A stretch of DNA of 64,000 bases from Raillietiella orientalis (lineage: Eukaryota): contig JAYWIR010000002.1 of NCBI GenBank assembly GCA_036172245.1, forward strand, positions 1,860,001 to 1,924,000, given 5' to 3'. The notes beneath the pieces were generated by a model. It was not told where the DNA came from and searched no databases. It saw only the letters and a list, made by a program, of their open reading frames with translations. The translations under genes and the position numbers were made by a program. This document shows, piece by piece, positions 1 through 14,900 of this stretch. Positions within the stretch are counted from its first letter, which is position 1. Every line of letters starts with the position of its first letter.

Positions 1-281
1 TTATCACATTAGGTTCTTCAAATTTAGGATAAAAATTGGGGTGTTTTTTAAAGCGTTACAGCAGTGAAATGAACACTTAAAACGAAATTTCCATTTCATA
101 TCATGGGGCTGCAAAGGGGATTACTAGATTTGTAATCATTCATAACAGTTTGACTTGTAATTAATTTTCATTCAGACACAAGTATGCAATTGTGTTTTAT
201 ATTTTCTTGCATGAAGGAATTACTATAATTGCTGTTTCTCATGAAAAACAAGAAAATATGTGATGTGGTATTTCTTTCCAG

Positions 282-470
282 CATTTAAAAGTAAACCAGT
301 CTCCCCTATCCTCAGTCATTCCTCAGGTCTTGAGGTCTATCTGCATGATTACGATCCTAATGCCTTATTTGTTGTGGAATTGAATTGGAAGAGAGAGGAA
401 GATTCTATTAAAGACACCTATAAAAATTATATTTCAGGAAACATTCAGTTTAACTGTCTTAATATTACAG
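282..470 (+). CDS. VPS13D: VPS13D exon (window exon 1)
   Basis: ttccag| ... acag|gtaaaa; AFKSKP...FNCLNIT. Confidence 0.75.
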
Positions 471-3400
471 GTAAAAAGCATATGTTTGTTAACGCTTCTT
501 TCATTTCTTGTAATTATTGTAATCTTTTGTTGCATATTTGTTATCTCTACATGATTTTATAAATTGAGGAATATCTAATTTTATGCATCTCTATTCAGCC
601 AATCAAGAAACTGTAGTGGAAATAATAGGTTTTGTCCAGCATATTATGTCGATTTCTTCTGATAGAAACCAAAAAGACGAAATCTTCAGTGTGAATAAAG
701 GTATGAGCATCCCTGTTGAAAAATATCATTCATGATGAATTTTTTTTTTCTGTAATTATAATTTAATACATAAAACTGAAAGTGGTTTTGCGATCCCAAA
801 TTTCTAAAATTGCCTTGATTGCAGATGACTTAAATGCAGTTCATGAAGAATTTAATCCAGATGTGTTTTTAAGCCTTTGCAGAATCAAACTTTGTTTTGA
901 TTTCAACAGATTGAATTTGACACTTTTACGAGCAATATCAGTATGTGATCTAGTTCAGGGAAGAACTATTTGCAGTGCTTCTTTAACTGGTGCTCAAATT
1001 CAGACTGACTTCGGTAAGCGTATTTCAGTTTCCGTATAACCGATTCGTTCACTGTTTAGTCTCAAGTTCAGACTTCATAATTGAAGGATCTTTGGGAGGA
1101 TTGCATATCACTGATTTAACTAGTGCCTACACACAGAACCCGTTGATTCTTGGTGTTGGCCATGAACTTGAGAACAAATTCAAAGCCAGTGTACCTGAAA
1201 TCAGTGAAAAACAGTGCATTGATACCAACAATGCTTTTAATTTTACACTTCGCCATCATACAGAGGATAAATGCATAAAGATGCATATGGCATCAGTTCT
1301 ATATAAGCATTCACCATGTTTCATCAAAGAATTGCATTCATGTGCAGAAGAATTTAAGCATTATTTTCTTATAGTTGCTCAAACTGTTGGTGCAGCTGCT
1401 TCAGAACTTGCACGAGGTCTTGTTCAGAAGTACTACATCCATGCCAATAATTCAAAAGATTTTGATGATAATTCTGAAATCTACTTCCACAGTTCGACTT
1501 TTGATGTCCCACCAAATTCAGAAAATGCTTCGAAATTTCGTCTTGAAATTGACTTAGATACCCCTGTAATTGTATTGCCATCCTCATTATCAGAGTCTGA
1601 TGTGCTAGTTGCTCATCTTGGCAAAGTGAATGTGTGTTACGGCTGTGGTGATTTAGAATTGGGATTTGAACAACCACTGTGGAAGATTCGAATTACGAAT
1701 ATGGCATTATATAATTTCGGAAGGTATGAGTTGTCAGCAGGAATGAGTTTTGTGCAACTTCAAGAAAACTTTTGTATGCAAGACTTGGGAAGACCAATTT
1801 TACATGACACTTCCCTAGATTTGATGGTTAAGAATGCTAATGACATAGGTACGGTTCTTATAGAAAATGTGGGCGCTGATCGAGCGAATTTTATCAAACT
1901 GGAAGGAAAGGTGGTACATCCATTACAGGTGTCATTGAGCCATCATCAGTTTAAGCTAATCGTTGATGTTTTCAATAATATACTTCGTTCTTCCGAGATT
2001 CCCATAGATATTACATCTTCTCAATTATATTTAACAGAACGGTTCAGAGAACAGCATGAACAACCTGTGTTATATGTTGGAATCTTTCATCTTCCGGAAC
2101 TGCATGTTTTTCTTTTATCTGATGGCAAAGATGAATGTGAAAATGCTCTAGTTTCTTTACACCTTACTGAGTTTTTGTTGAATTTTTTTGAAGAGGATCA
2201 GTTTAAAATGAATATAGAAATGTCTTTGTTATCACTGACATTCATTGATTTGGATGCCTCTTGTGATCAAGAGAATAAATATCTGATGCTATCTCATAAT
2301 GATTCAAAGATTTTCGATTCTTCCCATCAAAAATTGCGGCTGTCAACTTCTTGTCCTGATATGAAAAAAGCGTTGAAGTTTCGTACGCTGAACTTTTCCT
2401 TGCCAGACAGGCTGACAGCCGAAAATTTGTTCGATACCTACAAAGGTCGAAATAATAAAAGACACTTAAATGGAATGGATTGTCTTCCCAGCACTCCGCC
2501 GCCTACACCAAAAGTTAAACACGGAAGTGGACAGGATGCTTTCATATTAATAAAGATATCTTTGATTAAAAAGGCATCCGTAGAAAATTCACTTGCTTGT
2601 ACTCTCCACAAATTCGTGGAACTGGAATTCAACTCCTTAAGCATCCAAGTGAACACTAGAACCTGGATCCATGTGTTTCAGTTTTTTGGAATTGGATGCT
2701 CGAAAATGGATAACAACGTGAATAACGATATTTTTGACAATGCAGTCAAACCATCAAATTCTGACCCCACCCATGTGGAAATTGAATGTCGTGTAAATTT
2801 TTTAAGTGTTGATTTCAACAGGAATACGTATAAGTTATCCACAACTGCAATATCCAACTTCAGAATAAGAGTGCAATGTGACAGTGACAACTATTTCGTT
2901 AACGGTTCCCTCGGCAAGTTCGTCATCAATGATGCAAGCCCACGATGTGCAGTCTATCCAGAAAAACTGGTGTCGTCGGGGAAGAAGGCCCTGGATTTTC
3001 ATATTCATAGGTATTTGAGACCTCAAATGATTCATACATTGTGAAGCAAGTGTTTTGTACTTCTAAGAAGGTCCCCGAACCAGATGACTTGTCATTCGTT
3101 GTATCCGATCGCGAAACGTTGCCTAATTTATAGGATGGTACGGCATTTGCTTTCGGATGCCCAAGAGCGATAGTGTACGAATCCAGACTATTCGATGTCA
3201 TTTGAAATGTGTTTGCTTGCATAGCTCGAATCCTGGGAAATGGGGGGGGGGGGGGCAGTCATTTACGGATCGTTCGTTCCCGGGTTCAGAATTTGATCTT
3301 TACATTCAGGAGAACTGCCGCTTACGTACAGACAAGCGTGGGAAGAGTTCGGTGGTATCGCGGAGTGCATGGAGTGACTTGGTAGGTCGGTGGTTTTGTC

Positions 3401-6400
3401 CTCCATCCGAAATCCCATCTTCCGTTGCCAGGTGCACGTCGTTGCGTTGCCGAAGTCGGGTTCAGCGAGTATTTTTTATTTTCCACCTTTCATCCGTCGA
3501 TGTGAATTCTGGTTCCGTTAGCAACGTGAAAAGAGTCTGTTGTGATGGAAAGCATTTTGATTATGGAAATTATGGGATCGGCTGGGAAAGAGTGTTTCCG
3601 AAAAAAAATGAAATGGTAACTTTATATGTTGAGAAATCGTTTGACGGCGGAGATTTGCTCGAACATGCTTTCATGATTTTCTTTCTTTTTTTAAAAAAGT
3701 AGAAAAAGGAAAAGCTTGCCTATGTGCGCACTCTTTCGTCCGAAATTTGTAAATTATGGCCATTTCTGAGGTGTTTTTTAGGACGACGTTTATCAGCAGG
3801 TTGTTCTTGAGAAGGTGCCCCGTCGCCTCCCTCCGGTCCATCAACCAACCGCACGTATGAAACAGATGGGCGCTAAAAGACGTGCAGAGACGGTCGTCAA
3901 CTTCCGTAGCAGATCGTTTTCCCTGAAAGAAGCTCACGCGGTTTCCGTACAGTACACGGGAAACTCGTTTCCCAAAATCCGATGCGATGACGATTTGGGA
4001 AGTCGAACGTTAGGAGGTTTCCGGATGGAAAAGTGGCCCCTTGGGTTCGTAGGGACTCATGATGCTGGTATCCTTGAAGATTGTGGTCTCGTGGACTCGG
4101 CAATCTTGCTTGGTTTGAGCTGGCGATCCGACAACATTGCATACTGATGGATTGCTTCTTAGCTCTCTCTTAACACAGAATTGACTGAGGGAAAGCTCGG
4201 ATTATTCGACGTGGTCCGTCCAGTCTGGTCCACCACAGCTGCTGCGTTCAGTGGAAGTTTGTTTGTTTGTCCTCGGTCTTTCATTAGGTGCTTTTTACGG
4301 TGCGCATCTGCCCATCGCGGTGGACCGAATCGGAAAGGGTGATCGGTTGAGCGGAGATTTTCCTTGGCCAACGGATTGCGTTTTGCGTTTCTCGGAGATG
4401 AAAATTCCGTGTGAGCGGTTACGAGCTCGTTAGTGCGCCTATTCGTTTTCTGCTTTCTCCGTGTCGGTTCCGAACCCACTTTGCAATGCCGTTTGCTTGT
4501 CGATCCGTTCGCGTCCGTTCCCCAGATCATCAGGTCACGACGGAAGACCGCGATTTCACGTTGCTCTGACTATTCGTTTCGAGTCCACGGGAATTTTTTG
4601 GCTTTTGCGAATTTCTCGTAAGAAGAATTTTTTCTTCACCGGTCTTCTGCTGCTGCTGCACCGCGTATCCGTGTTGTGACTCGTTGCTGCCGGGCGGCAG
4701 AGGAATGGTGGGGTTTTGGTTCACTTTCAGTGGAAGGCCCCCCCCCCCGGAATCATTTGTTTCTGCTAGCGATCCTGCTTTCCGTATCAGACAAAAAATC
4801 TTTACTGCTGATTGCAAATCCGAAGAGCCACATAATAGTTGCCCTCTTTTGTATTCGTCACTCCAGGTATGGGAATCCCGACAGCAATTTGAAAAGGGAG
4901 TGCGATGTCAAGTTCAAATGCTGCATGTCGGCCGTTCATTACGTGTACACCAGTACATTCCATTATGACATGTATTTTTTCATACAAGAATTCAGAGAAA
5001 TTTACGACGACATCAGCACCAAGATTAAGAAGGAATTGGTAAGGAACAGTGAGAGCGGCAGCCTCACCCCTTTTTCAGAAAGGCTGTTCTTAGCGCCTGC
5101 ATCTTTGAGAACCATGTGCTCTCTCAATGTGTTTTCTAGATTGGTGCGAATGAACTGCGTGCGTCGAGGATTCTTGTAGATATCGAGGCTGATTCTCCGA
5201 TCATTATCATACCGAAGAATCGCAAATCCAGAGAAGCTATAATTGTAAATTTAGGTCATTTGAAAGCTTACAATCAGTTTGTGCATTCTGTTAATACAGT
5301 CACGTCGAATTCAGCTATTGAAGAAAGAGTATTGCTCTTGAGACACAGATTAGGGGTTGGTTCCCAAGGTGAGCCTAAACTTTTTTTTCCTGTTGCACTT
5401 AAAACAACTTTGGGTGATATTTGGTAAAATATCAGACAGTATCCAAAACAAACTGTTCGTGATTGTGTTACATGCTGGTGGCGCTGCTGTTTTCAATTGT
5501 ACATTCTGATTTCGTTTTGGAATCTTCGTGTACGCTGGAGTGCATTCTGTCTTATTCGATTTTATAAATCAAATGCAGCATGCATATGTGTTCGCCCCTG
5601 CTGCATCCCCGGTACAGCGCGGTGTACGAAATCTTCGAGTTGTACCGTTCCCACGTATAATCAGCGAAAATCATTGGTCATTTTCCGTCTTCATTCATTT
5701 GCGATTTCAGATGTTGTCTCTATAAAAAAGGAAAGAAAAGAAAAATAGCTGTTTCTTATTCGTAGACGTACCCATCCTCCTGGATAGAACAGTAATACAA
5801 CTTCAAGAAATGGATCTCTACATCGGCCGAATAGAAACAGATAGCCATCGCACGCCTTCGGATAGTGAGTGCACAATGGTTGGAAGTTACACAGTTTGCA
5901 AGAGCGGTCCAAACCTCCTGAAAGAGACGTGTCATTTGATCTTGGAGATGAAAAGGAACCTAGATTCTGCTTTTAACCACTCTGGTATGAATTTCTCCGT
6001 TCCCTTAATGAGTATGTGTGTGTGTGCTTGGATATGGAAGCTTTTATTCAGTGCACCCATCAAGCAACGCACGTGTTGATCTTGTGAGCGCTCTCTCCTA
6101 AGAAAGCTGGGGGGTGCTGCATGGCGGAAATGACGTCCTACAAATGGAAACAGATTTCACTCGTAAAGGAAACGGTTTTCAAAAGTCGTTCGCGTTCCGG
6201 GTTTTTCCAGAATTTCCTTCCGCGGCAAGCAAGCAGCTTCCCAAACGTGTCGTCTTGTGCTCACCCCCTGAATAAAAAGGGGTGACTTGATACGAAAACT
6301 TGGTTTTTCTTCTTCTTCTTTACGAGAATATTTTTGTATCGTGGAGGCTGCGATGCGGTGGTGTTGCCATGTCCAACCAATCAGGAAGAAATCGTGTTTC

Positions 6401-8862
6401 CGAGATTTTTCATCAGAAAGCCTCTCGTTGTAATGATGTAACAAGAAGTCGTTCGTTCCTTGTTCCATCCAGTTTCCTTTCAGGCATCATTTAAGGCATT
6501 CCGACTTACACACCTGAGTGTTTCCGTTGCGTTTCTATCCAGGTTAGGGGTTTCTGCTTGGGATTGGACCGGTCAGCGTTTGCACTTTTGTTTCCTAAAC
6601 CTCCACTTTCAAGTTCCGCAGCTGAAGATTGGCGCTCCTCTGCCTTGGCTTTCTTTTCCATCAGCTTTAATCCGAACCGTACCGTGGTCACCACGACGGC
6701 AGCAAAGATCGAAACCAATAAATGTCTAAAAAGGTCCGCGTTTGCCGGTCTGCATGTAAGGATTTGCCAATTTTTCGTCTACCGGCGTTTCCGTGTTTGT
6801 TTAGGACCCCTCCATCGAAAGAAATCGAAATCGAGATTGCTTGCCAGCGTGCAAGACTGGCTGATGATCTATGTGATGCATCCTGTTTGGATAAACGCAC
6901 ACTATAAAGTGTTTGTCTAGCGGGGGAAGTGCGTTTTTGGTGTCTTCCGGCAACGCTCAAGCAGCTCAACAACGTCTTTCGTCAGCACTGGGATGCGTTA
7001 TTTTGTCGTGAAGATTGGTTCCCTCCACTCGCCGGACTTTCAGAATGATGTTCGAGGGGATGCTGATTTGCTGCGACTGTTCGTGTGAGATGGACACTGG
7101 TCCATCGAGTAAGAAGTTGAGGCACTCCCAGAAATGCCCCCGACTTGTGACTTCTTTCGAAGAATGTTCGGGAACTGTGGTGACCGTTAAGCCGAAAAAC
7201 TCTTCGATTGAATGAATGAAGATTCCGGCATGGATCCCTGATGCACGGGGGGGGGGGGAGTAATGCAAGCCAGAAAGACTCGAGCAAGTGGGAAGCTGCA
7301 GCACGAGGAATGATGGAAGGATGCCACTCTATCAGCGTTGCCAGTGCGAAACTGCCCGTCGAATTTTCTCGGTGCTGATGTTTTCACAGTGGTCGCGGGC
7401 AAACATTCAGATTCGAATCAGATTGGATTGGAATCTCCTGACCTGTGGCCACTGTTTGGCGTTATTCTGCTCCGTGGGTGGATGTGCATAAAAACGAATT
7501 CAAAAAAGTTCGGGAAGCCCTTGCAACTGTTACTGAATGCACTCGCTGTGCTCGGGTTTGGCAGTCGCATACTTTAGAACGTTCGAGGAAAACGAGCAGT
7601 CCAAATAAAGTTGCCCATTTCTACTTGCATGTTTATCCTGTCGAGTAGATTGTAGCATGCAATCCTCCCACGTCGGTGTAGTCGAAAGTCTGATGGGGGC
7701 ATCAGATGCAGTCAAGTTGACTTCACATGCCCTCGGGTAAGTTGCAACCCTCGAGCTGTTCTTCGCCGTTTGGTTCATCGCGGGAGCAAAAGTTGTGATT
7801 TTTAAAGGAAACCTTCCTTCCCATGATAATTTCCCAGCAGTCGCTGGTAACCCCGAACGAACGATAAAGGATTGGGATTTGTACACAGTGCACCTAATTG
7901 ACCTCCATGTCACGTCCTAATGTGTTCATTTAATGACATTAAATGGCGAACACTTTTTTGTCTGTCAATTTTTGTTTCTCGTTGAATTCAGCTGCGTCAA
8001 GCTTGTATGCCATGTATACGATCATTTTTATTTTTCAGTTCCGGAAATCTCGGTACATGGAACCATCTCTGCAATTCATTGTACTGTAGATCCGTCCCAG
8101 TATTTACTTGTGAGAGGCATCGTACAACACAATTTCGGGGAGCCCCTCGACTTTCTAGATGCGGATAAGAATTCCTTCCACCTAAAAGACACGGTACCTC
8201 AGTTTTTACATTTCTGATTACTTTCATATGGAGTTGTGCACGTTTCTGTGAAAGCAACTCTTTATTTATGTATTTATTGAGTTTTGCGGCAGTGCTGTCC
8301 CTGGTTCTAATTAGTTCTTCCGTTCCCTCCTGTGATGCTCCCGTTTGCCGGTCGTGTTCATTTCATTTATTTGTGAGACTCTTGTTCGAAGCATTATGGT
8401 GTTCCCTCATAAGTGCTGAAAGTGGGATCTGTTCCTTGTGATTGATATCGCTTTGCTTAGAGGACTTTCTGATCCCTGCGTTCAATTTTGATGGCACATT
8501 GGGATGTATTTGTTTGAAAGGAATGAAACCGTTTAAGGGTTGGCGTCATCGCCGTCTGCTTCTGCAAGGTGCACTTAAATTTCGCCTTTTCTTTCTTTCT
8601 TTCTTTCGTGTTCTAGTACTTATTTGTGTACCTGATGATTGCTGTTGTGATTACGATTGAGAATCCTAAGGGTTCCCATGAGTTTCTTCAGTCTGCGGTG
8701 CTCTTTGGGCCAGGAATAATTGGGAAAGATTCTGAATATTAATTCAGGTGGGATAATATCCGTAACAGTCGGTTAACACGGGAAATCCCTTTGATAATAT
8801 TTTTTGGCGGTCAGTATAAGTGTTCAGTAATGTAAATGTTAATAGCAGCATGCGAAATTGCT

Positions 8863-8904
<42 letters not shown>

Positions 8905-11900
8905 GGGAATGCCTCGCTGTCAAAAGAATCACGGGATTGCAGGCTATAGGGGTTGAGTACCCACGTACCTATTCTTATTAATGTCATACCAAAGAAGCAG
9001 TTTGTCTTTGGAGACCACTCTCTTTAGTTTGTACCACTGTATCTCAGCAGCAAGGGGGAAATGAAGCGAAGGAATCGTGTGCTTGTCGTGTGTTCTCGAA
9101 CAAACATTTTCTGTTGTCTGAATCGCCATAAGGATGTGTTTTGTAACCAGAAATCTCCAGAACGATCTATTGAAGACCTCCCTGGAAAGTTGGATCAGGA
9201 GAAAATCCGAGAATGCTTTTACGCTCCTAATATGTATTTATCGCTGCTTTAGATTAAAATTCCCTCTTACCGCGGATGTATGTGATTAAAAAAAAAAATG
9301 TCATTTCAGAGTGGCCTAAGCAATAAAGAAAATTCCTCACAGCAATGGATCTCCTCTGCGATAGAATTTCAGTTGATTAATGTCACCTTAAACTTTGTAC
9401 TGCAATACAGTTACAAAGACCTCAAGGAGGTTCCTCTAGCTTCGGTTCATTTCATCAAATCCTATCTCTTGTACATTAGATATACTGACAGTTCTCAGGA
9501 AATTGAACTGGCTTCTCAGGAAATCAAGCTGTTGGATAATCGCTTTGAAAGTATGCATTTCTTTGATTCCTGCGTCGTGTGCATCTTTGTTTTCTGTAGA
9601 AGTTCCTCTGGATTCCGTTTCCAACGTGTTCCCCATCATACTCCAGCCGTGTTACCAACGGGAGTCCCTGCCATTGCAAGCAAAGCTGAAGTATCATGTA
9701 TCGGAGGATTTCAGCAAGTTGATTATCATCTTGAATGCCATGAAACTAGTTTGCGTGTGTGACTGGTGGTACGAAGTCTGGAATTACATCACGTTGCCGC
9801 TGGAGGACCCCTTCTGGACAGGTGAGGCTGCCCCTCGTAACGATTGCGGGCGATTTTCTCTTCTTCTTCTTCTTCTTCTTCTTTGGCGCTTCCTTGTGCA
9901 GGCGTGTTGTGCACCAGTGCGTTGGCTATGCGAACTGCCCGCCTATTTCCTGGTGTCGAGTGGAAAACACAAAGATGAAATTTCGTTGAAAGGAAGACAC
10001 AACGGCAGACTCCTTCCGTGTGGAGCAAGCTGTGAAGGCCTTAAAGTTCCTGCAGGCACCGTTCAATTTTCTTCGGAAGGGGCGGCATGCGTGTGGTTCG
10101 ATGGGATGAAAATGCTTTGCTGTATTGGAACGTTCTGTTTCAAACGTTGGGTGCTCGCGTCCTTTACCCTTACACACTTCCCCCTAGCTTCACGAATCCT
10201 GAAGACTGGTAAAAATCTGCTTTCCCCATTTTGCCTTTCCCATTTTTCCGTATGCTTGCCGTGTCTTTTCACGTCACTACTCCGAGAGAAGACATTCCAT
10301 CAGGCCGCCACTCTCCAGAGTGTTTATGGTGCAATAGCTGTGTACAGGGCGACATATTCACTGTAATTGAGTTGGAATAGGAATTCCAAGTTGCAATGGC
10401 ACATCTGCGTTTCCATTTCACCGGTAGCAGACTGAGGACTGCAAGGGTTGCTGAAACTCGGAACGCTGGACCAAGTGAAGACGTCCGTGTCTCTTCGTAC
10501 ATTTGCAGGGCGAAATTATCTGCTTTCTCGGAGATGCCCGTAGGAAAAACGAAATGCATTTTCGAATGACTTCGTAGCTCCTGAGATCTCACAAAGTAAT
10601 TCTTTGCGCGTCATTTGCACGAAGCACTGATCCTGTTCCAAGTTCTGTCGAGATTCCCGAAGCGATTAATGACGGCGGTGCTGCACGTCGACGGTGTGCG
10701 TCACAATATGCAGAATACATTTACACAATCTGTGATCAACAAGTTGAAGATTTTCTTGTCATGATAAGGAAGCATGTCATACGTGTGCATTGCTCGTCTA
10801 TTTGTGTGTGTGTTTTTGGTATGTCTGCGGTTTCTGTCGCTTTCACGACAGCAAATGGTGTGGAGGCAGCCTTCCGCGTTCTCGGTCATTTTGATTCCTC
10901 AGTGGAAATCTTCGAGTCTTCATTGGCGTGTGTTCGAATGCTTGCACGAATGTTGCGAGAGTTGCCCTTCCCGTGTTGTTGTGGGTTTCAAGAGTTGAGG
11001 GTGAAATGACTGGACCACGATAACAGCTACGAATCGTAGGTGTGTGGTGGGCTACCCGGTACTGTTTCCACACGGACGTTGAATTGACCGCCGAAGCTCG
11101 TCTTGTGGACGACTGTGCCACCGTTTCGTTCTAGCACTTTGTAGATTTCCATGCAGCCCATTGCTTCTGCACTTGGGAACGGTTGTACAACGGTCGAAAA
11201 GCAACTCGCTTGAATCGGAAAGTGAATTTCCTGATTCAAGCGAGTTGCTGTAGTCCATCTTTGAAATGTTCCACCGGAAAATGTTGAGGACTATTATAGG
11301 GGAGCGCAAGGTTTCCAAAATTCGGCTGAAAAGGTGAAGACTCTGATAGAACTTTGCATGGTCCAAAGTTCATCCAACCCTACTGATGTTACGGTAGCAC
11401 CAGGAATCACTAGTGATTGCATCAATACAATATCGTGAAAATTTCAGTAAACTGCCTTTGCAAATTAGAGTTACATTAGAGTGCGGTACATTCCATAATA
11501 GGTTTTGCGTCCTGCTGTTGCATGCAAAAAAAAAAAAATAGTTTGAGGTATTACAGTTATCCCTTGAATAGTTGTCCATGTTGATTTTTAGACGAGGTAT
11601 ATTCTGAATAGACGCGAAAGTGACCTTTCCGCGCTGGCACTGATTACGGGAGCCTTTTTTAAAAGCTGCCTATGAAGGAGTTTCCATCCCTCGTTGTGAT
11701 CACCCATTACGTGGTTTCCAGTTGGGCTACACGTCAGCCTGTTGTTTTTATGGATGTTCAGATTTCTCCCATCCACTACACAATCATGCCTAGCATTGTC
11801 CTGCAAAGACTTGTTCATCCTTGGGAGAGGACTGCCCGAGTATATAATTTTGAACAAACGCGTGGATGGGAAGATCCGACATGTGGCAGCTTCGTTTGAA

Positions 11901-14900
11901 GTTCGAGAACGTTTCTCGGAACGGAATTCTGGCTCCCATCAAAGGATGCTGAAGTGTAGAATGCTCTAACGAATACTCCTTTGTTTTTGCTTGTAGCTGT
12001 TCTCAGTGCGCGTTGGGAAACAAAACCACGCGAAGGGTGATCTTGCATCTTGTGTAATTTTTTTTTTCTTTCTTTCTTCTCCCCCCCGCCCCCCTTCCCC
12101 CCGAGAAGATACGAGCGTTTAGCATCTGCCGGACCTCTGCATGAACACACATCCGCGCCATGTCTTGCACTATATCGTCAGCATGCTTCTCGTAAGGGTT
12201 GGAGAATTATTATATCTAACTTTTGCTGGAGTCATGATATCACATTATATTATCACATTATTTTTTCGTTTGGATTCTTTGATTCATTGCTTTGAATATC
12301 TTCAGAGAAAGAAAAAATGACAGTTGTTGACTCTTCGACTCCAACTACTTTTGCTGTTTCTGCAGGGATCGTAACGAAACGTGCTCCCGTTTTGCCTTCT
12401 GTAGAAACACATTTCCGGGCGATTCTGAACATTATGAACTGTGAAATAATACTACTTGAAAATTCATCTGCTTACGACACGAACGCCCTGATTTTGAAGG
12501 TAGGTGGCATGTCTTCGGCACTGGTGCCGGCCTCCCATGCAGCCATGCAGAATTTGAATTCTGAGGGATAAATACAAGGAATCTGTTTTTGGCTCGCACA
12601 ATTTATTTGTTTTCCGTTGCAGTGTATTGGTGACATCATTTACGAACCGTTCGTGAAGCAGAAACCGCTGTCTTTGCGTTTTTCTCATTTGGAAGTGTTT
12701 TCGTGCATCATGGCCAAGGAAGAGGCAACCTCACTGTCCATCATAGATCCGGTGACCGTGCGGATCGAAATTGTACAGCGGAAAACGTCAATATGCAGAG
12801 GCATCGAGGATGCTACAGAGAACGATTCACAGCGCATACTTCAGGTAATGCTGTCTTTATTTACTTACGAGCTGTAAACAAAACGCGTGCAGATTGGATT
12901 CATGTAGCACTCCGAGCCTTTCTTCCACGATCGGTCCTTTCGTTTCTTCTGTTCCTTTTGGATCATTACATTGAAAACACACGCATTCAAGTGCTAATTC
13001 TCCCCCTTCTTTTGATGCGGCCAAGAAATGGGAGCATGATTGAGATTTAAATTGTGCTTTGACCTGCCGTCAGCGTGCAGAATGTATCCAAAATAATAGT
13101 GTTGTTATGTGAAATTCTCTCTTGTTTACCTCGGTGGATGAAGAACTGTAGAGATAAACTACTCCTGATGTACACCCTTTTCTTTGAATCGACGGGCGCT
13201 GCTTTCGTGCTCTTTGAATGGACTCTATAGGGTCATGAGTGTTGTATTCAGTACACTTCTTGGTCCAGATTGCTTGGCGCTTCAGTTCAAAAGATTTTTG
13301 GTGCTGCTGCACAAGAGAGCGTTGTCTTACCACATCGATTATTTACACGTACTAATAAGTGCTCCCGTGACGCTGATGTGTGCGGTTGTTCGGACACCTT
13401 GTCACGAGCCATGGTGCACACATTAGACTTTGGAGTATTGGCAAAACGGATAGATAATAACGGTACATGATGTGTACGGCGATCGTGTTTCAGATCAGCT
13501 CCGTTCATATAATTTTTCCCCTTTTCGTAGCGTAGACCCTTAACCTCGAATCTTCATGTTTAAGAAAATGGGGCTAACCAAAAAGGGACAGCTTCCTGAA
13601 TGCGTTATTTCACCGCTTTCGTGTTGCCACCGCAACTTGATTACTACTATTAAGGCGGGGATTCCGAATTCATTCAATGCCGTGTGTTTCTTGGAGTTTT
13701 CTTGATGCCATTTCCCTATCAGCTATTAATGGTGTCGTGGTTTCAGATTGTCATCGCAAGTCAACAGCTGAACATCCGATTTTCGTATTATGATATGATC
13801 ATGTGCTTGAGATTTTTAAACAACTTACCGAAGCAGATGAAGACCTTCCTTGACCAGTACAAGTCATCTTCCACTCACTCGGTGAAATTTCAAGGTAATC
13901 ACCTGGAAGCGAACTCGGTTTGCATGACCAATGTGTGGACTGTGCAGTCCAGGTTCAGAAGCTGGCTGCCTTGGGATACGAGCAGGAAGCTTGCGTGCAA
14001 GCCTTGAGAAAATGCCAGGGCAACATTGAAGAGGCAGCACTGTGGTTAGTCCAGACGGGACTGCACGATCAGAGTCGGCATACAGATCATGAAGAAAAAA
14101 AGGATCTTCTGAATTTTACTGCTGTTGAGGTACGACGGTTTGTGTCCGTTGGAGACGTACCGGAACGCGGTGCCAGATCAGCGGCAAAGGGGTGAATCTC
14201 ATCGCAGTAGAACAGTCAGCTGCTATCCCGTATTCTGGAATTGGGAGAAACCAATGCAGCATTTGTTTTGCCCGCGGTTTCGTCTTGGTTTAACTGTGCC
14301 CTCGGCACTGTGTTCGATGATCGGTGTAAGAATAAGTAACGGGGGATCCGAACGGAAGACGCATTTGTGAGATCACTTCCATTCGATTTTCTTGGAAGCG
14401 GCTTTTTTCGAGCACCCTATGTGCCGAGAGCCCAAGAGAAGCACCTGAAAGCAGCATTTGCGAACCGAAGCCTGGAAACGGGCTGCTTCCCTCCCCGGCG
14501 TGAATGTTTCCATCGTCACGATTCGGATCCGCAATTTGCAGGTTGGGATTCCGGAAAGGATGGTAGTGTGGCGTCTTTTAAGCCCTTGGAAGCCTGGGGG
14601 ACGCCGCGTCCCCCTCTCCCGCTGCCGCGCTCGCTTTCCCGTCTTCCCGATGCCATGAGCCCAGCCCTATTGCAACTGTCGGCCCATGGATCTTCACCGT
14701 TTTTGTTTCAGATCCGAGCCTCATGCGTTCGTTGCCGTTTCATTGATGATTGCAAGGACGTCGATGTTCCTTTGATGGAACTCAGCGTATCCGAGTTCAC
14801 GGTTGTTCATGCGCTTCTTAATCGGAGCGGTTCGGCAGAATTCGAAGTGAGCGTTGATTACTACAATCGTCTTCAGGCGGGCTGGGAGCCATTGGTGGAG

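Noticed and set aside
732-779. ATGATGA...CTGA box C/D-like pair in a VPS13D intron
   Set aside because: Only 48 nt, poly-T/AT filler, no terminal stem or plausible guide.
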